From: Alphaproteobacteria bacterium
GTDB taxonomy: Bacteria; Pseudomonadota; Alphaproteobacteria; Micavibrionales; UBA2020
Assembly: GCA_965279315.1 (NCBI GenBank)
Contig: OZ257145.1
Coordinates: 2,228,295 to 2,292,294 of the forward strand
Length of the DNA stretch: 64,000 nucleotides
Reading direction: 5' to 3'
Both the position numbers and the translations under genes were made by a program. The notes below the pieces were generated by a model. That model searched no databases, had not been told where the DNA came from, and worked only from the letters and a program-made list of their open reading frames with translations. Position 1 is the first letter of the stretch; each line of letters starts with the position of its first letter. Positions 30,407 through 39,418 of the stretch are shown piece by piece.

Positions 30407-32263
30407 CTAGGCGTTTTTCCGGCACCAGAAAATGTAGCAGGCGCGGAAGGTATCGGGCGCGCTTTTTTCGAACGCCGCCCAATGCGCAAGCGTGCCACCC
30501 GGCGCATCGGCGGGGAAGGCCGCCGCATACTGCGTTTTGACCGGCTGCGGCAGGCTGAATTCGAGGAAGCCAAGGCCCAGCTTGTCCAGCATGTCGGAAA
30601 TTTCATCAAGGCTCAGGTTGCGTTCCTGCACATGGAACATCATGTCGCGGTACATCGACAGGTGGTAATAATCCTCGAACCCGCTTAGGCTGGCGACCAG
30701 TTTCTTGCCGGTGATTTTCCCGCTGTTGTGACGGAAATCGCGCATGCCGGCAAGGTCGAGGCCGGGGTAATCCTTGCGGATGATATCGTGGCAGGCGATC
30801 AGGTTGCGCCGCGCGGTGCGGCTGTAGAGCGCGATTTTCATGACACCGCCCGGTTTCAGCATGCCGGTCAGCACTTCCCATGCGCGGAACATGTCCTTGA
30901 TATGGTGCAGCACACCGCCCGACACGATGCAATCGAACTGCCGCCCGATTTCGCCCAAGCGCAGGATATCCGCCTGGCGGAAGGTGATGTTGGTGATGCC
31001 GAATTCCCGCGCCTTGCCCAATCCATAGGCCATGCTGGTGAGGCTGAGGTCGACGGCCAGCACTTCGGCATCAGGGAACAGCACGGCATATTGCAATGCT
31101 TCATGCCCCGTGCCGCAGCCCGCGACCAGAATTTGCGCGCCTTTTTTCTGGAGCGCTTCAGCCGGTTTTTCAACGGCCAGCCATTTGGGCAGTTTTCCCC
31201 ATTTGGGATACGGCGATTCCTCGTACTGTTCGCGCACCAGCTTGGATACTTCGTCATCAATGCTGGTAATAGCAGGAATTTCAAGGCGGCGCGCCTGCAA
31301 TGCGAAATGTTCGGTCAGCTGGATGGCGATGACATCGGCGATGGGCGAATTTGCAAAATCTTTTTCAATTTTTTGCGCGTCCTGCAACAAATGCAGCGGA
31401 GCGTAACAGGCATATATCGCGACCAGATGCGCCTCGGGCTGTGTGGTGATTTTCTGTTTCAGGCTGTCGGTCAGCGCGATCTCGACGGCAGTCGGCACAA
31501 GGATGTATTCGGTATTATAGGCGTAATGCGATACCGCGCCCGCCAGTTGCGCGAAAGCATCCTTGCCAAGCGCGGCGGCGATCGCATCTGTATCCTGCAA
31601 CAACGTGCGGCGCAGGCGCGCAATGAAGCTTTCGAATTCCAGGTTGAAGATCGTCAGGTATCGCAGCCCTAGCAGGAAAAACGGCGCCAGCAGAGGTTTC
31701 AAAGCAGAACCCGTGGGCAGCGTTTCGGGCGCTGGCTTGCCGAACAACCCGCCCAGCAATCCCCTGGACGGCGCGTAGAACGGCTGCAGCGCGGGATGCA
31801 GCAGGAATGTGTTGAACCACAAAGCCTGCAGCGGATACACGTCGATTTGCTGCGTCTTTAGGCAGGTGATGATGGCTTCCTCGACCACTTCGCTGTAATT
31901 GACGAAATTGACGCGCTGGCTCATGCCGATAAAGCGTTCCAGATAGGCGATATTGGCGGGGTCGTGGCGGATGGCGAAAGCGTAATAGGCGCAAGCCTGC
32001 AGCATGTCGCCCGCATCGAAAAACGTCTCGGCCAGTTGCGACAGCGTGGCGGGGTCTTCAGGCGACAGTTTCAGCGATTCCTGATGCCAGACAAGCGCCT
32101 CCGGCAATTGTTTGGTGAAGCGGCACAGCACGCCCATATAGCGGAAGGCGACGGGGTTTTTCTGCAGCGCGATCGACTGCTCCAGCGTTTGGCGCGCCTC
32201 GTCAAAGCGTTTTTGCTCGATCATGCCTTTGGCGGCAAGGTTGAGTTCGTTGATCTGGTTCAT
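30407..32263 (-). CDS. TPR-repeat / class I SAM-dependent methyltransferase, paralogue B
   Basis: N-terminal TPRs; VREQYEESPYPKW, ILVAGCGTG, GVLHH, RDMMFHVQE; likely start MNQINEL at 32263. Confidence 0.85.
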   Translation of the reverse strand: MNQINELNLAAKGMIEQKRFDEARQTLEQSIALQKNPVAFRYMGVLCRFTKQLPEALVWHQESLKLSPEDPATLSQLAETFFDAGDMLQACAYYAFAIRHDPANIAYLERFIGMSQRVNFVNYSEVVEEAIITCLKTQQIDVYPLQALWFNTFLLHPALQPFYAPSRGLLGGLFGKPAPETLPTGSALKPLLAPFFLLGLRYLTIFNLEFESFIARLRRTLLQDTDAIAAALGKDAFAQLAGAVSHYAYNTEYILVPTAVEIALTDSLKQKITTQPEAHLVAIYACYAPLHLLQDAQKIEKDFANSPIADVIAIQLTEHFALQARRLEIPAITSIDDEVSKLVREQYEESPYPKWGKLPKWLAVEKPAEALQKKGAQILVAGCGTGHEALQYAVLFPDAEVLAVDLSLTSMAYGLGKAREFGITNITFRQADILRLGEIGRQFDCIVSGGVLHHIKDMFRAWEVLTGMLKPGGVMKIALYSRTARRNLIACHDIIRKDYPGLDLAGMRDFRHNSGKITGKKLVASLSGFEDYYHLSMYRDMMFHVQERNLSLDEISDMLDKLGLGFLEFSLPQPVKTQYAAAFPADAPGGTLAHWAAFEKSAPDTFRACYIFWCRKNA

Positions 32264-32282
32264 GATAATTCCTGAAACGGCA

Positions 32283-34241
32283 TCATTTCCGGCACCAGAA
32301 CTGGTACATGCCAAGGAAAAGCTGCGGATGTGATTGTTCGAATTGATGCCAGTTGGCAAGCGATGTTGCGGTGGGGTCGGCAGGATAGGCTGCAACATAT
32401 TGCGCGATGACCGGCTGCGGCAGGATGAATTGTAGGAAAACGAGGTTCAGGCGCTTCAGCGCGGCATCGATGCCCGGGATATCAAAGCAATGTTCCTGCA
32501 CATGGAACAGCATGTCGCGGTACATTGCGGCATGATAATAATCGCTGACCGCCGAAATGGTGTTCAGCACATGCTTGTCCAGCAGCGTTGCGCTCTGCCC
32601 GCGGAAATCGCGCATGCCTTCAATCGTCGGCGGGAAACCTTTTTGCTTGATGATGTCCTGCGCGACGACCAGGTGTTTGCGCGCGATTTTGCTGTAGAGC
32701 GCGATACGCATTAACCCGCCCGGGTTCAGCAGGCTGGTCAGCACCTCCCAACCCTTCAGCGGGTCGTGCAGGTGGTGCAGCACGCCGCCTGAAACAATGC
32801 CGTCGAAGCGTTCGGTCAGGCTGCCCAGCTGCAAGATATCCGCCTGCCGGAAGGTGATGTTTTTGAAACCCAGTTTCCCTGTCTGCGCCTGCGCATAGGA
32901 AAGGCTTGCCAGACTGAGATCGACGGCGAGGATTTGCGCCTCCGGCAATACAGTGGCAATCTGCGCCGCTTCCTGCCCCGTGCCGCAACCCGCGATCAAT
33001 ATCTTCGCGCCCGGCTTGCGCAAGGGGTCGGCCACGCGCTCCAGCGTCAGGTTGCGCGGAATGGTTTTCCAGCGGGGGTAGGGGGATTCCTCGTACTGCT
33101 CGCGCACCTTCACCGATACGGCATCGGCAATCGGCGTGATTGCCGGGATATTTTTTGCGGCGGTTTCGCGCGCGCGCAATTCGGACACTTGCGTTTCAAT
33201 CACGCCCGCCAGTTCGGCCCGCTGCGTGAGGCCGTTTGCAATCGCATCAATATCGGCAATTTGTTGCAACGGCGCGTAACAGGCGCGTAACGCGATATCG
33301 ACAGGCGTTATGCCGAGCGCAGGGACTTTCGCCGTTTCTCCAACTGTCACATGCAGGATGTAATCGGTGTTGAAACAATACTGCGCAAGGCTCGCGGCGA
33401 TCGACAGCCGTTCCTGTGCTGAAAACCGTTCGGGTCGCAGCAGCAATGCCTTCCGCAAAGCAGTCAAAAATTCCTCGAACGCCATCGTGTAGATGGTGAT
33501 CTTTTCAAGGCCGAGAAGGAAAAACGGTTTCATCAGCGGCGAAAAATCGGTCGCCTTGTCGAATAGCGCGGGGTCGAAAGACGCGCTGGCATCATCCCGG
33601 GCGGGCAGGGCGGCCGCCATGCGTTCCTTGATCTTGCCGAAAAAACCGCCCTGTTTTTCCGCCGCGCGCTTTACGGCATAGAGCCGCCGGAAATCCGGGT
33701 TCAGGGTGAAGGTATTGTACCAAAGCCCCTGCGCCCCTGCGCAATCGAGGCCGGGCGTTTTCAGGCAATCGAGCAGGGTATTTTCGATAACGTGGTTATA
33801 CTGGAAAAACACCGCATCGCGGGACAGGTGGATAAACCGTTCCTTATACCGGATTTCCTGCGGCGCGGCGGCGATGGCGAGTGTCGAATAACCGACCGCT
33901 TTTTCGGTATTCCCGAGTTCGAAATACGCCTCCGCCAACATGGCGAGGGAGGCATGGTCACCGGCATCCTGCTCCAGAGCCTTCTCAAAGAAGGGGGTGC
34001 TGTCGCGGTGGTTGCGCAGCATGAACTGGATATTGCCAAGCCCGCGATAGGCGGCGGCTGTTTTCTGCAGCTTCAGCGACGCTTCAAGGCTGGCCTGCGC
34101 CGGCCCCAGCTGCTGTTGCTGCAACTGGCTGCGCGCCTGCTGGATCAGTTCTTCCGCGGTCTGGGGGGCGGTGGACAAAGGGTTTCTGCGGCCTTTTTTC
34201 AGCGGGTTGACGGTGTCTGATTTTGAGCAAAAACCCTTCAC
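32283..34241 (-). CDS. TPR-repeat / class I SAM-dependent methyltransferase, paralogue A
   Basis: N-terminal TPRs; VREQYEESPYPRW, ILIAGCGTG, GVLHH, RDMLFHVQE; true start may be TTG near 34178. Confidence 0.85.
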   Translation of the reverse strand: MKGFCSKSDTVNPLKKGRRNPLSTAPQTAEELIQQARSQLQQQQLGPAQASLEASLKLQKTAAAYRGLGNIQFMLRNHRDSTPFFEKALEQDAGDHASLAMLAEAYFELGNTEKAVGYSTLAIAAAPQEIRYKERFIHLSRDAVFFQYNHVIENTLLDCLKTPGLDCAGAQGLWYNTFTLNPDFRRLYAVKRAAEKQGGFFGKIKERMAAALPARDDASASFDPALFDKATDFSPLMKPFFLLGLEKITIYTMAFEEFLTALRKALLLRPERFSAQERLSIAASLAQYCFNTDYILHVTVGETAKVPALGITPVDIALRACYAPLQQIADIDAIANGLTQRAELAGVIETQVSELRARETAAKNIPAITPIADAVSVKVREQYEESPYPRWKTIPRNLTLERVADPLRKPGAKILIAGCGTGQEAAQIATVLPEAQILAVDLSLASLSYAQAQTGKLGFKNITFRQADILQLGSLTERFDGIVSGGVLHHLHDPLKGWEVLTSLLNPGGLMRIALYSKIARKHLVVAQDIIKQKGFPPTIEGMRDFRGQSATLLDKHVLNTISAVSDYYHAAMYRDMLFHVQEHCFDIPGIDAALKRLNLVFLQFILPQPVIAQYVAAYPADPTATSLANWHQFEQSHPQLFLGMYQFWCRK

Positions 34242-34291
34242 AAATCAATGCTTTTACGCGTATATTATGTATCTAAAATTTGGGGAAAAAC

Positions 34292-36973
34292 ATGCTCGAT
34301 AAAACCTTCGAAAGCAAAGACGTCGAAAAGAAACATTACGAACTCTGGGAAAAATCCGGAGCCTTCACCGCCGACGTCAACAGCAACAAGGCACCCTATT
34401 GCATCCCCATGCCGCCGCCCAACGTCACGGGCAGCCTGCATATGGGCCACGCCCTGAACACGACCATTCAGGACATCATTTCGCGCTTCGAGCGCATGCA
34501 GGGCCGCGACGTTCTCTGGCAGCCAGGCACCGACCATGCCGGCATCGCAACCCAGATGGTTGTGGAACGCCTGCTGGGGGAAGAAAAGAAAACGCGCCAT
34601 GACCTCGGCCGTGAAAAATTCCTGGAACGCGTCTGGCAGTGGAAGGAAGAATCCGGCAACACGATTACCGGCCAGCTGCGCCGCCTCGGCGCGACGCCCG
34701 ACTGGAGCCGCGAGCGTTTCACGATGGATGACGGGCTGAACAAGGCCGTGAACAAGGTGTTCGTGCAGCTGTTCAAGGAAAACCTGATCTACAAAGACAA
34801 GCGCCTCGTCAACTGGGACCCGAAACTGCAGACCGCCATTTCCGACCTCGAGGTTGAGCCGCGCGAGACCAAGGGCAATATGTGGCACTTCAAATACCCG
34901 ATCAAGGGTATGGCCGATGCGTTTATTACCATCGCCACCACGCGCCCCGAAACAATGCTGGGCGATACCGCCGTTGCCGTGCATCCGGATGACGACCGTT
35001 ACAAAGACCTCGTCGGCAAGATGGTCGTGCTGCCCATCACGGGCCGGGAAATCCCCATCGTGGCGGACAGCTATGCCGATCCGGAAAAAGGTTCCGGCGC
35101 CGTGAAAATCACGCCCGCGCATGACTTCAACGACTTCGAAGTCGGCAAGCGTCACAACCTGCCCATGATCTCGATCATGGACAAGGATGCAAAAATTGCT
35201 GACCCCGACGGGGCGAACGTGCCTGCTGCCTATGTCGGCATGGACCGTTTCGATGCACGAAAAAAAGTGCTGGAAGAGATCGAGGCGCTTGGCCTGCTGG
35301 AAAAAATCGACACCCATATGTATCAGGTGCCTTATGGCGACCGCGGCGGCGTGATTATCGAACCGCTGCTGACCGACCAGTGGTATGTCGATGCAAAAAC
35401 GCTCGCCCAGCCCGCGATCAAGGCGGTGGACGAGGGCAGGACGAAATTCGTGCCCGCGAACTGGTCGAAAACCTATTACGAATGGATGAACAATATCCAG
35501 CCGTGGTGCATCAGCCGCCAGATCTGGTGGGGTCACCAGATTCCCGCATGGTACGGGCCGGATAATTCCGTATTCGTCGCTGAAACCGAAGCAGAAGCCT
35601 ATGCCCAGGCAAAGGCGAAGTTCGGCAAGGATGTGACGCTGGAACGCGACGCCGACGTGCTGGATACATGGTTCTCCTCCGCGCTCTGGCCGTTCTCCAC
35701 GCTCGGCTGGCCGGAAAACACGGCGGAAGTGAAGCGTTATTACCCCGCCGAAACGCTCGTCACCGGTTTCGACATCCTGTTCTTCTGGGTCGCCCGCATG
35801 ATGATGATGGGCATCCATTTCATGGGCGATGTGCCGTTCAAGACGGTTTATATCCACGCGCTCGTCCGTGATGAAAAAGGGCAGAAGATGTCGAAGTCGA
35901 AAGGCAACGTCATCGACCCGCTGAAGATCATCGACGAATACGGCGCGGACGCGTTGCGCTTCACCCTGACCGCACTGGCCGCGCAGGGGCGTGACGTGAA
36001 ACTGTCGCCGGCGCGCGTAGAGGGTTACCGCAACTTCGCCACCAAATTGTGGAACGCCTCGCGCTTCTGCGAAATGAACGGCTGCACGCTGAAGCTGGAT
36101 TTCAAGCCCGACAGCGTCAAACAGACCATCAACAAATGGATCATCAGCGAGCTGGCAACCGTCAGCCGCCAGACGGCGGAGGCTTTGAAGGCGTACAAGT
36201 TCAACGAAGCCGCGATGCACCTGTACCATTTCACCTGGGGCACGTTCTGCGACTGGTATATCGAATTCACCAAGCCGCTGATTACAGGTGCGGATGAATC
36301 CGTGAAGCAGGAAACGCGCGACACCACCGGCTGGGTGCTGGACCAGCTGTTGCTGCTCCTCAACCCCATCATGCCGTACCTGACCGAAGAGTTGCATATG
36401 CACCTGCTCGGCAAATCGGAAGCGTCGCATGACAAAGCCGACTGGCTGCAAAGCAAGGCATGGCCGGAGTTTTCGGACAAGATTATCGACAAGGCGGCAC
36501 AGGCCGAAATGAACTGGGTCGTGCGCCTGATCTCGGAAATCCGTTCCGTCCGCTCCGACATGAACGTGCCGGCGGCGGCGCAGATCAAGATGCTGCTGCA
36601 GGGGGCGAATGCCACCAGCAAACAGCGCCTGAAAACTTATAACGATATCATCAAGCGCCTTGCGCGCCTGTCGGAAGCGGAGGCGAACGATACCGCCGCG
36701 CCCAAGGGCTCGCTGCAGATGGTGATCGACGAGGCAAGCATCGTGCTGCCGCTCGCCGATGTGGTCGATATCAAGCTGGAAAGCGCGCGCCTGCAAAAAG
36801 AAATCGAAAAGGCGAATGCGAATATCGAGCGCATCAACAAGATGCTCAATAACCCTGCCTTCCTTGCGAAAGCACCGGAAGAAGTGGTGGTGGAGCAGAC
36901 TGAATCGCGCACCGAAGCCGAGAACCTGAAGTCGAAACTGGCGCAGGCCCTCAAACAGCTTGAGGCTGCATGA
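34292..36973 (+). CDS. valS: Valyl-tRNA synthetase
   Basis: PPPNVTGSLHMGHA, KMSKS, WCISRQIWWGH, C-terminal coiled coil. Confidence 0.99.
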   Translation: MLDKTFESKDVEKKHYELWEKSGAFTADVNSNKAPYCIPMPPPNVTGSLHMGHALNTTIQDIISRFERMQGRDVLWQPGTDHAGIATQMVVERLLGEEKKTRHDLGREKFLERVWQWKEESGNTITGQLRRLGATPDWSRERFTMDDGLNKAVNKVFVQLFKENLIYKDKRLVNWDPKLQTAISDLEVEPRETKGNMWHFKYPIKGMADAFITIATTRPETMLGDTAVAVHPDDDRYKDLVGKMVVLPITGREIPIVADSYADPEKGSGAVKITPAHDFNDFEVGKRHNLPMISIMDKDAKIADPDGANVPAAYVGMDRFDARKKVLEEIEALGLLEKIDTHMYQVPYGDRGGVIIEPLLTDQWYVDAKTLAQPAIKAVDEGRTKFVPANWSKTYYEWMNNIQPWCISRQIWWGHQIPAWYGPDNSVFVAETEAEAYAQAKAKFGKDVTLERDADVLDTWFSSALWPFSTLGWPENTAEVKRYYPAETLVTGFDILFFWVARMMMMGIHFMGDVPFKTVYIHALVRDEKGQKMSKSKGNVIDPLKIIDEYGADALRFTLTALAAQGRDVKLSPARVEGYRNFATKLWNASRFCEMNGCTLKLDFKPDSVKQTINKWIISELATVSRQTAEALKAYKFNEAAMHLYHFTWGTFCDWYIEFTKPLITGADESVKQETRDTTGWVLDQLLLLLNPIMPYLTEELHMHLLGKSEASHDKADWLQSKAWPEFSDKIIDKAAQAEMNWVVRLISEIRSVRSDMNVPAAAQIKMLLQGANATSKQRLKTYNDIIKRLARLSEAEANDTAAPKGSLQMVIDEASIVLPLADVVDIKLESARLQKEIEKANANIERINKMLNNPAFLAKAPEEVVVEQTESRTEAENLKSKLAQALKQLEAA

Positions 36974-37461
36974 GCCTGAAAGACAAAATGGGGCCGAACG
37001 CCTTCCGCTTTTTCCTCAACCTCTGGCCGCCGTTCCTCGGCGCCAATGTGAAGGTGAAGGAAATCAGCAAGGACTTTACCGACATCAAGGTCCAGATGAA
37101 GCTGCGCAAGTGGAACAGCAATTACGTCGGCACGCATTTTGGCGGCTCTATCTTCTCCATGACCGACCCGTTCTTTGCGATGATCCTGCTGAAAAACCTC
37201 GGCAAGGACTACATCGTCTGGGACAAGTCGTCGGAAATCAAGTTCAAGAAACCGGGCAAGGGAACAATCACCGCCCATTTCAACATCAGCGCCGCACGCC
37301 TGCAGGAAATCCGCGACCTCGCCGATAAAAACGACAAGGTGGAGCCCACCTTTATCGTCGAAGTGAAGGACGAAAAGGGCGATGTGGTGGCGGAAGTTTC
37401 CAAGACGCTGTATGTGCGCCGCAAGGACAAGCTGCCCAAACCGCGCGCGCCGAAGCCCTGA
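36970..37461 (+). CDS. Hotdog-fold thioesterase-like protein (DUF4442/YiiD-like) with added K/P tail
   Basis: NLWPPFLGA, NYVGTHFGGSIFSMTDPF, YIVWDK; ends DKLPKPRAPKP. Confidence 0.85.
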   Translation: MSLKDKMGPNAFRFFLNLWPPFLGANVKVKEISKDFTDIKVQMKLRKWNSNYVGTHFGGSIFSMTDPFFAMILLKNLGKDYIVWDKSSEIKFKKPGKGTITAHFNISAARLQEIRDLADKNDKVEPTFIVEVKDEKGDVVAEVSKTLYVRRKDKLPKPRAPKP

Positions 37462-37486
37462 TAACCCGCTGAAATCGCTGCCAGCT

Positions 37487-37515
37487 TTGACAATTTTACC
37501 ATAACGGGGTATGAT
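37487..37515 (+). promoter_or_regulatory. Sigma70-type promoter
   Basis: TTGACA-N17-TATGAT; the -10 box overlaps the ORF-track ATG at 37511, so the real start is probably 37541. Confidence 0.65.
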
Positions 37516-37540
37516 GGTGCATCAACCCGAAAGCATCATC

Positions 37541-38263
37541 ATGGGCGGCATTCCACCAAAGGGAAAATTGCAGGCAGGCTTCAACACCGAAGCCGGCGAT
37601 GATGCGCCGCAAATGCTGTATCACGCGATCCCCGTTGCGCCGCAGGGAAATGAAATCCGCCTGAGCGAAAAATATGGCGCGAAAATCCCGGCCGAAGTTT
37701 TGCAGCAGTTGAATGTGGCCGGCACCGACCATCATCCGCCGCTTGTTTTCGCGACCGCGCATCTGTCGAAGGCGCTGGCATTCGGATTGGACGGCTTTGC
37801 GGGCGACAAGCTGATGAACATGGCGATCCATGGAACGGATGACGAGCTTGTCATCGTCACCAACCGCAACGACACGATGGGCAGGAAACGCAATGGCGCG
37901 ATCTATTCATTTTCCGGCGCAGGCTTTGCCGAATTGCCGAACATGGAACGCCAGCTGGTATCGGCAACCGCCGTGCCGTTCAGCCAGACGGTCAAGGTGA
38001 TGGATGTGACCTCCGCCGAAGACCTCATGCGGGCGGGATTGCAGATATTGTCGTTCAGGGAAACCGCGCGCGAATTGTGGCAAGACCCGAAAATCGATGC
38101 GCTGCTGAAGGGTGATTTTAACAAGGGCATGCGGGAGATGATCGCGGAGGGGCGCGTTGTGTGGGAAAACCATGCGCGGGGCATCAACCCCAGCCCTGCG
38201 CTTGCCCGACAGCTTGGCATCGACACCGCGCCCACGCCCGCGTTGAAACAGCATAAAATGTGA
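37541..38263 (+). CDS. Hypothetical protein, possible ADP-ribosyltransferase-like fold
   Basis: LYH...VFATxxLxKALAF...GAIYSF...ERQLVS pattern; paralogous to the C-terminal half of 40413..41492; ends TAPTPALKQHKM. Confidence 0.65.
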   Translation: MGGIPPKGKLQAGFNTEAGDDAPQMLYHAIPVAPQGNEIRLSEKYGAKIPAEVLQQLNVAGTDHHPPLVFATAHLSKALAFGLDGFAGDKLMNMAIHGTDDELVIVTNRNDTMGRKRNGAIYSFSGAGFAELPNMERQLVSATAVPFSQTVKVMDVTSAEDLMRAGLQILSFRETARELWQDPKIDALLKGDFNKGMREMIAEGRVVWENHARGINPSPALARQLGIDTAPTPALKQHKM

Positions 38264-38264
38264 C

Positions 38265-38630
38265 AAAAGAAGGAGAGGCAAGGTGAAAACCTTGCCTCTC
38301 CGTTTGCCAGCCATGAGGCCGGAAACTCTAAACTGATAGGAGCGGAAAGACCTTGTTGCGATCCTTAAAAACGCGACGAATTCTTGCCTCTCCCGTTAAG
38401 CCTACAAAGCACCGCGCAGATGGTTCCGAAAAAAAATGCACAAAGAAGGAGAGGCAAAGCTATAAGAATACAGCCTTGCCTCTCCCATTGGTCCGACCCT
38501 CTCGCGCTCCTATACACAGTCCCACAGGATTTGACCGGGGACAAAAGGGCAAGCGGCCGGAAAACTGATAGGAAACGAAGATAACTAGATGGTTTTGACA
38601 CCGATTAGATGCCTTCGTTTCCCGTTTAAT
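38265..38630 (-). ncRNA. Two tandem, related structured non-coding units (candidate paired sRNAs)
   Basis: Each unit on the minus strand: 5' stem, then CCTATCAGTTT..TTTCCGGCC, then GGAGAGGCAAGG...TTGCCTCTCCTTCTTT terminator. Confidence 0.5.
38271..38301. terminator. Hairpin terminator, U-tract on the minus strand
   Basis: GGAGAGGCAAGGT-GAAA-ACCTTGCCTCTCC, perfect 13-bp stem; minus strand continues TTCTTTT. Confidence 0.75.
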
Positions 38631-38681
38631 CCAATGAACAACCTGCCTTGTTTGTTCCTGAAAAAGGTCTAAAATAAATTC

Positions 38682-39155
38682 ATGATTGAAATCAAGGCAC
38701 CAGATGATTACAGCGGCATCAAGGGGAAGAAAACCATCTTCCTCGCGGGCTCGATTGAAATGGGCAAGGCGGAAAACTGGCAGGAGCGGCTGGTGTCCGC
38801 GCTGCGCCATATCGACTCCCTCGTGCTCAACCCGCGCCGCACCCACTGGAATGCCGAATGGGACCAGAGCATCGACAATCCCTCATTCAAGCAACAGGTG
38901 GATTGGGAGCTGGATGCGATTGCCGCATCCGACATGGTATTCATGTACTTCGCGCCTGAAACGAAATCGCCGATCACGCTGCTGGAGCTTGGCCTGCAGG
39001 CGGCGGCGCACCCGGAAAAACTGCTGGTCTGCTGCCCCGAAGGGTTCTGGCGGCGCGGAAATGTGGATATCGTCTGCCGCCGCTACGGCGTGAAACAGGT
39101 CGCCACGATTGAAGAATTTGTCAAAGCCGCCGCAAATTACCTGATGGGGAAGTAA
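38682..39155 (+). CDS. Nucleoside 2-deoxyribosyltransferase-like protein
   Basis: IFLAGSIEMG..WQ, LNPRR, QVDWEL, SPITLLELG. Confidence 0.85.
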   Translation: MIEIKAPDDYSGIKGKKTIFLAGSIEMGKAENWQERLVSALRHIDSLVLNPRRTHWNAEWDQSIDNPSFKQQVDWELDAIAASDMVFMYFAPETKSPITLLELGLQAAAHPEKLLVCCPEGFWRRGNVDIVCRRYGVKQVATIEEFVKAAANYLMGK

Positions 39156-39157
39156 GC

Positions 39158-39418
39158 ATGTTCCTGCGCGCTGTCAGCCTCTGTGCCACGCTCGCGCTTG
39201 TCGCGTATATGATGGTGTCCGTGCTGGGCAAGAACAGCAAGGTCGATCAGGCGATCGATTCAAACCCCGCCGTGCAGGAACAGAAAAAGGCGTTGAAAAG
39301 CGCAGGCGTGAATGCCGATGACAAGGATGCCGTTAAAAAACAGCTGGCCGACGAAGTGAAGCGTCTGGAAGAATTCCAGCATCAGGCCGACGGCCTGCAA
39401 AAAGACGACCCGCCCTGA
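39158..39418 (+). CDS. Small hypothetical protein with N-terminal membrane anchor
   Basis: 86 aa; hydrophobic N-terminus then charged helices; begins 2 nt after the previous stop. Confidence 0.65.
   Translation: MFLRAVSLCATLALVAYMMVSVLGKNSKVDQAIDSNPAVQEQKKALKSAGVNADDKDAVKKQLADEVKRLEEFQHQADGLQKDDPP

Noticed and set aside
32264-32398. N-terminal extensions in the ORF track (this TPR-methyltransferase; also lolD 980, ABC exporter 42703, FkbH 60152)
   Set aside because: They overlap upstream genes or promoter regions; downstream starts fit the domain boundaries and RBS better.
34265-36796. 843-aa minus-strand ORF, and similar long ORFs such as 4243..5448, 10568..11998, 23147..24604, 25501..27732 and 43273..44553
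   Set aside because: Antisense shadows of well-supported genes (valS, dnaE, rpsB/tsf, lpxI/lpxB, asmA, ABC exporter), caused by GC-rich codon bias; no motifs or start signals noticed.
38265-38490. Repeated GGAGAGGCAA/TTGCCTCTCC as a mini-CRISPR or IS ends
   Set aside because: Only two full hairpins and one half copy, irregular spacing, different loops, and no cas or transposase gene in the window.
38353-38601. Short ORFs of 66-78 aa over the hairpin region
   Set aside because: They run through terminator-like stems, lack a clear RBS and show no protein-like conservation between the two units; an RNA interpretation fits better.
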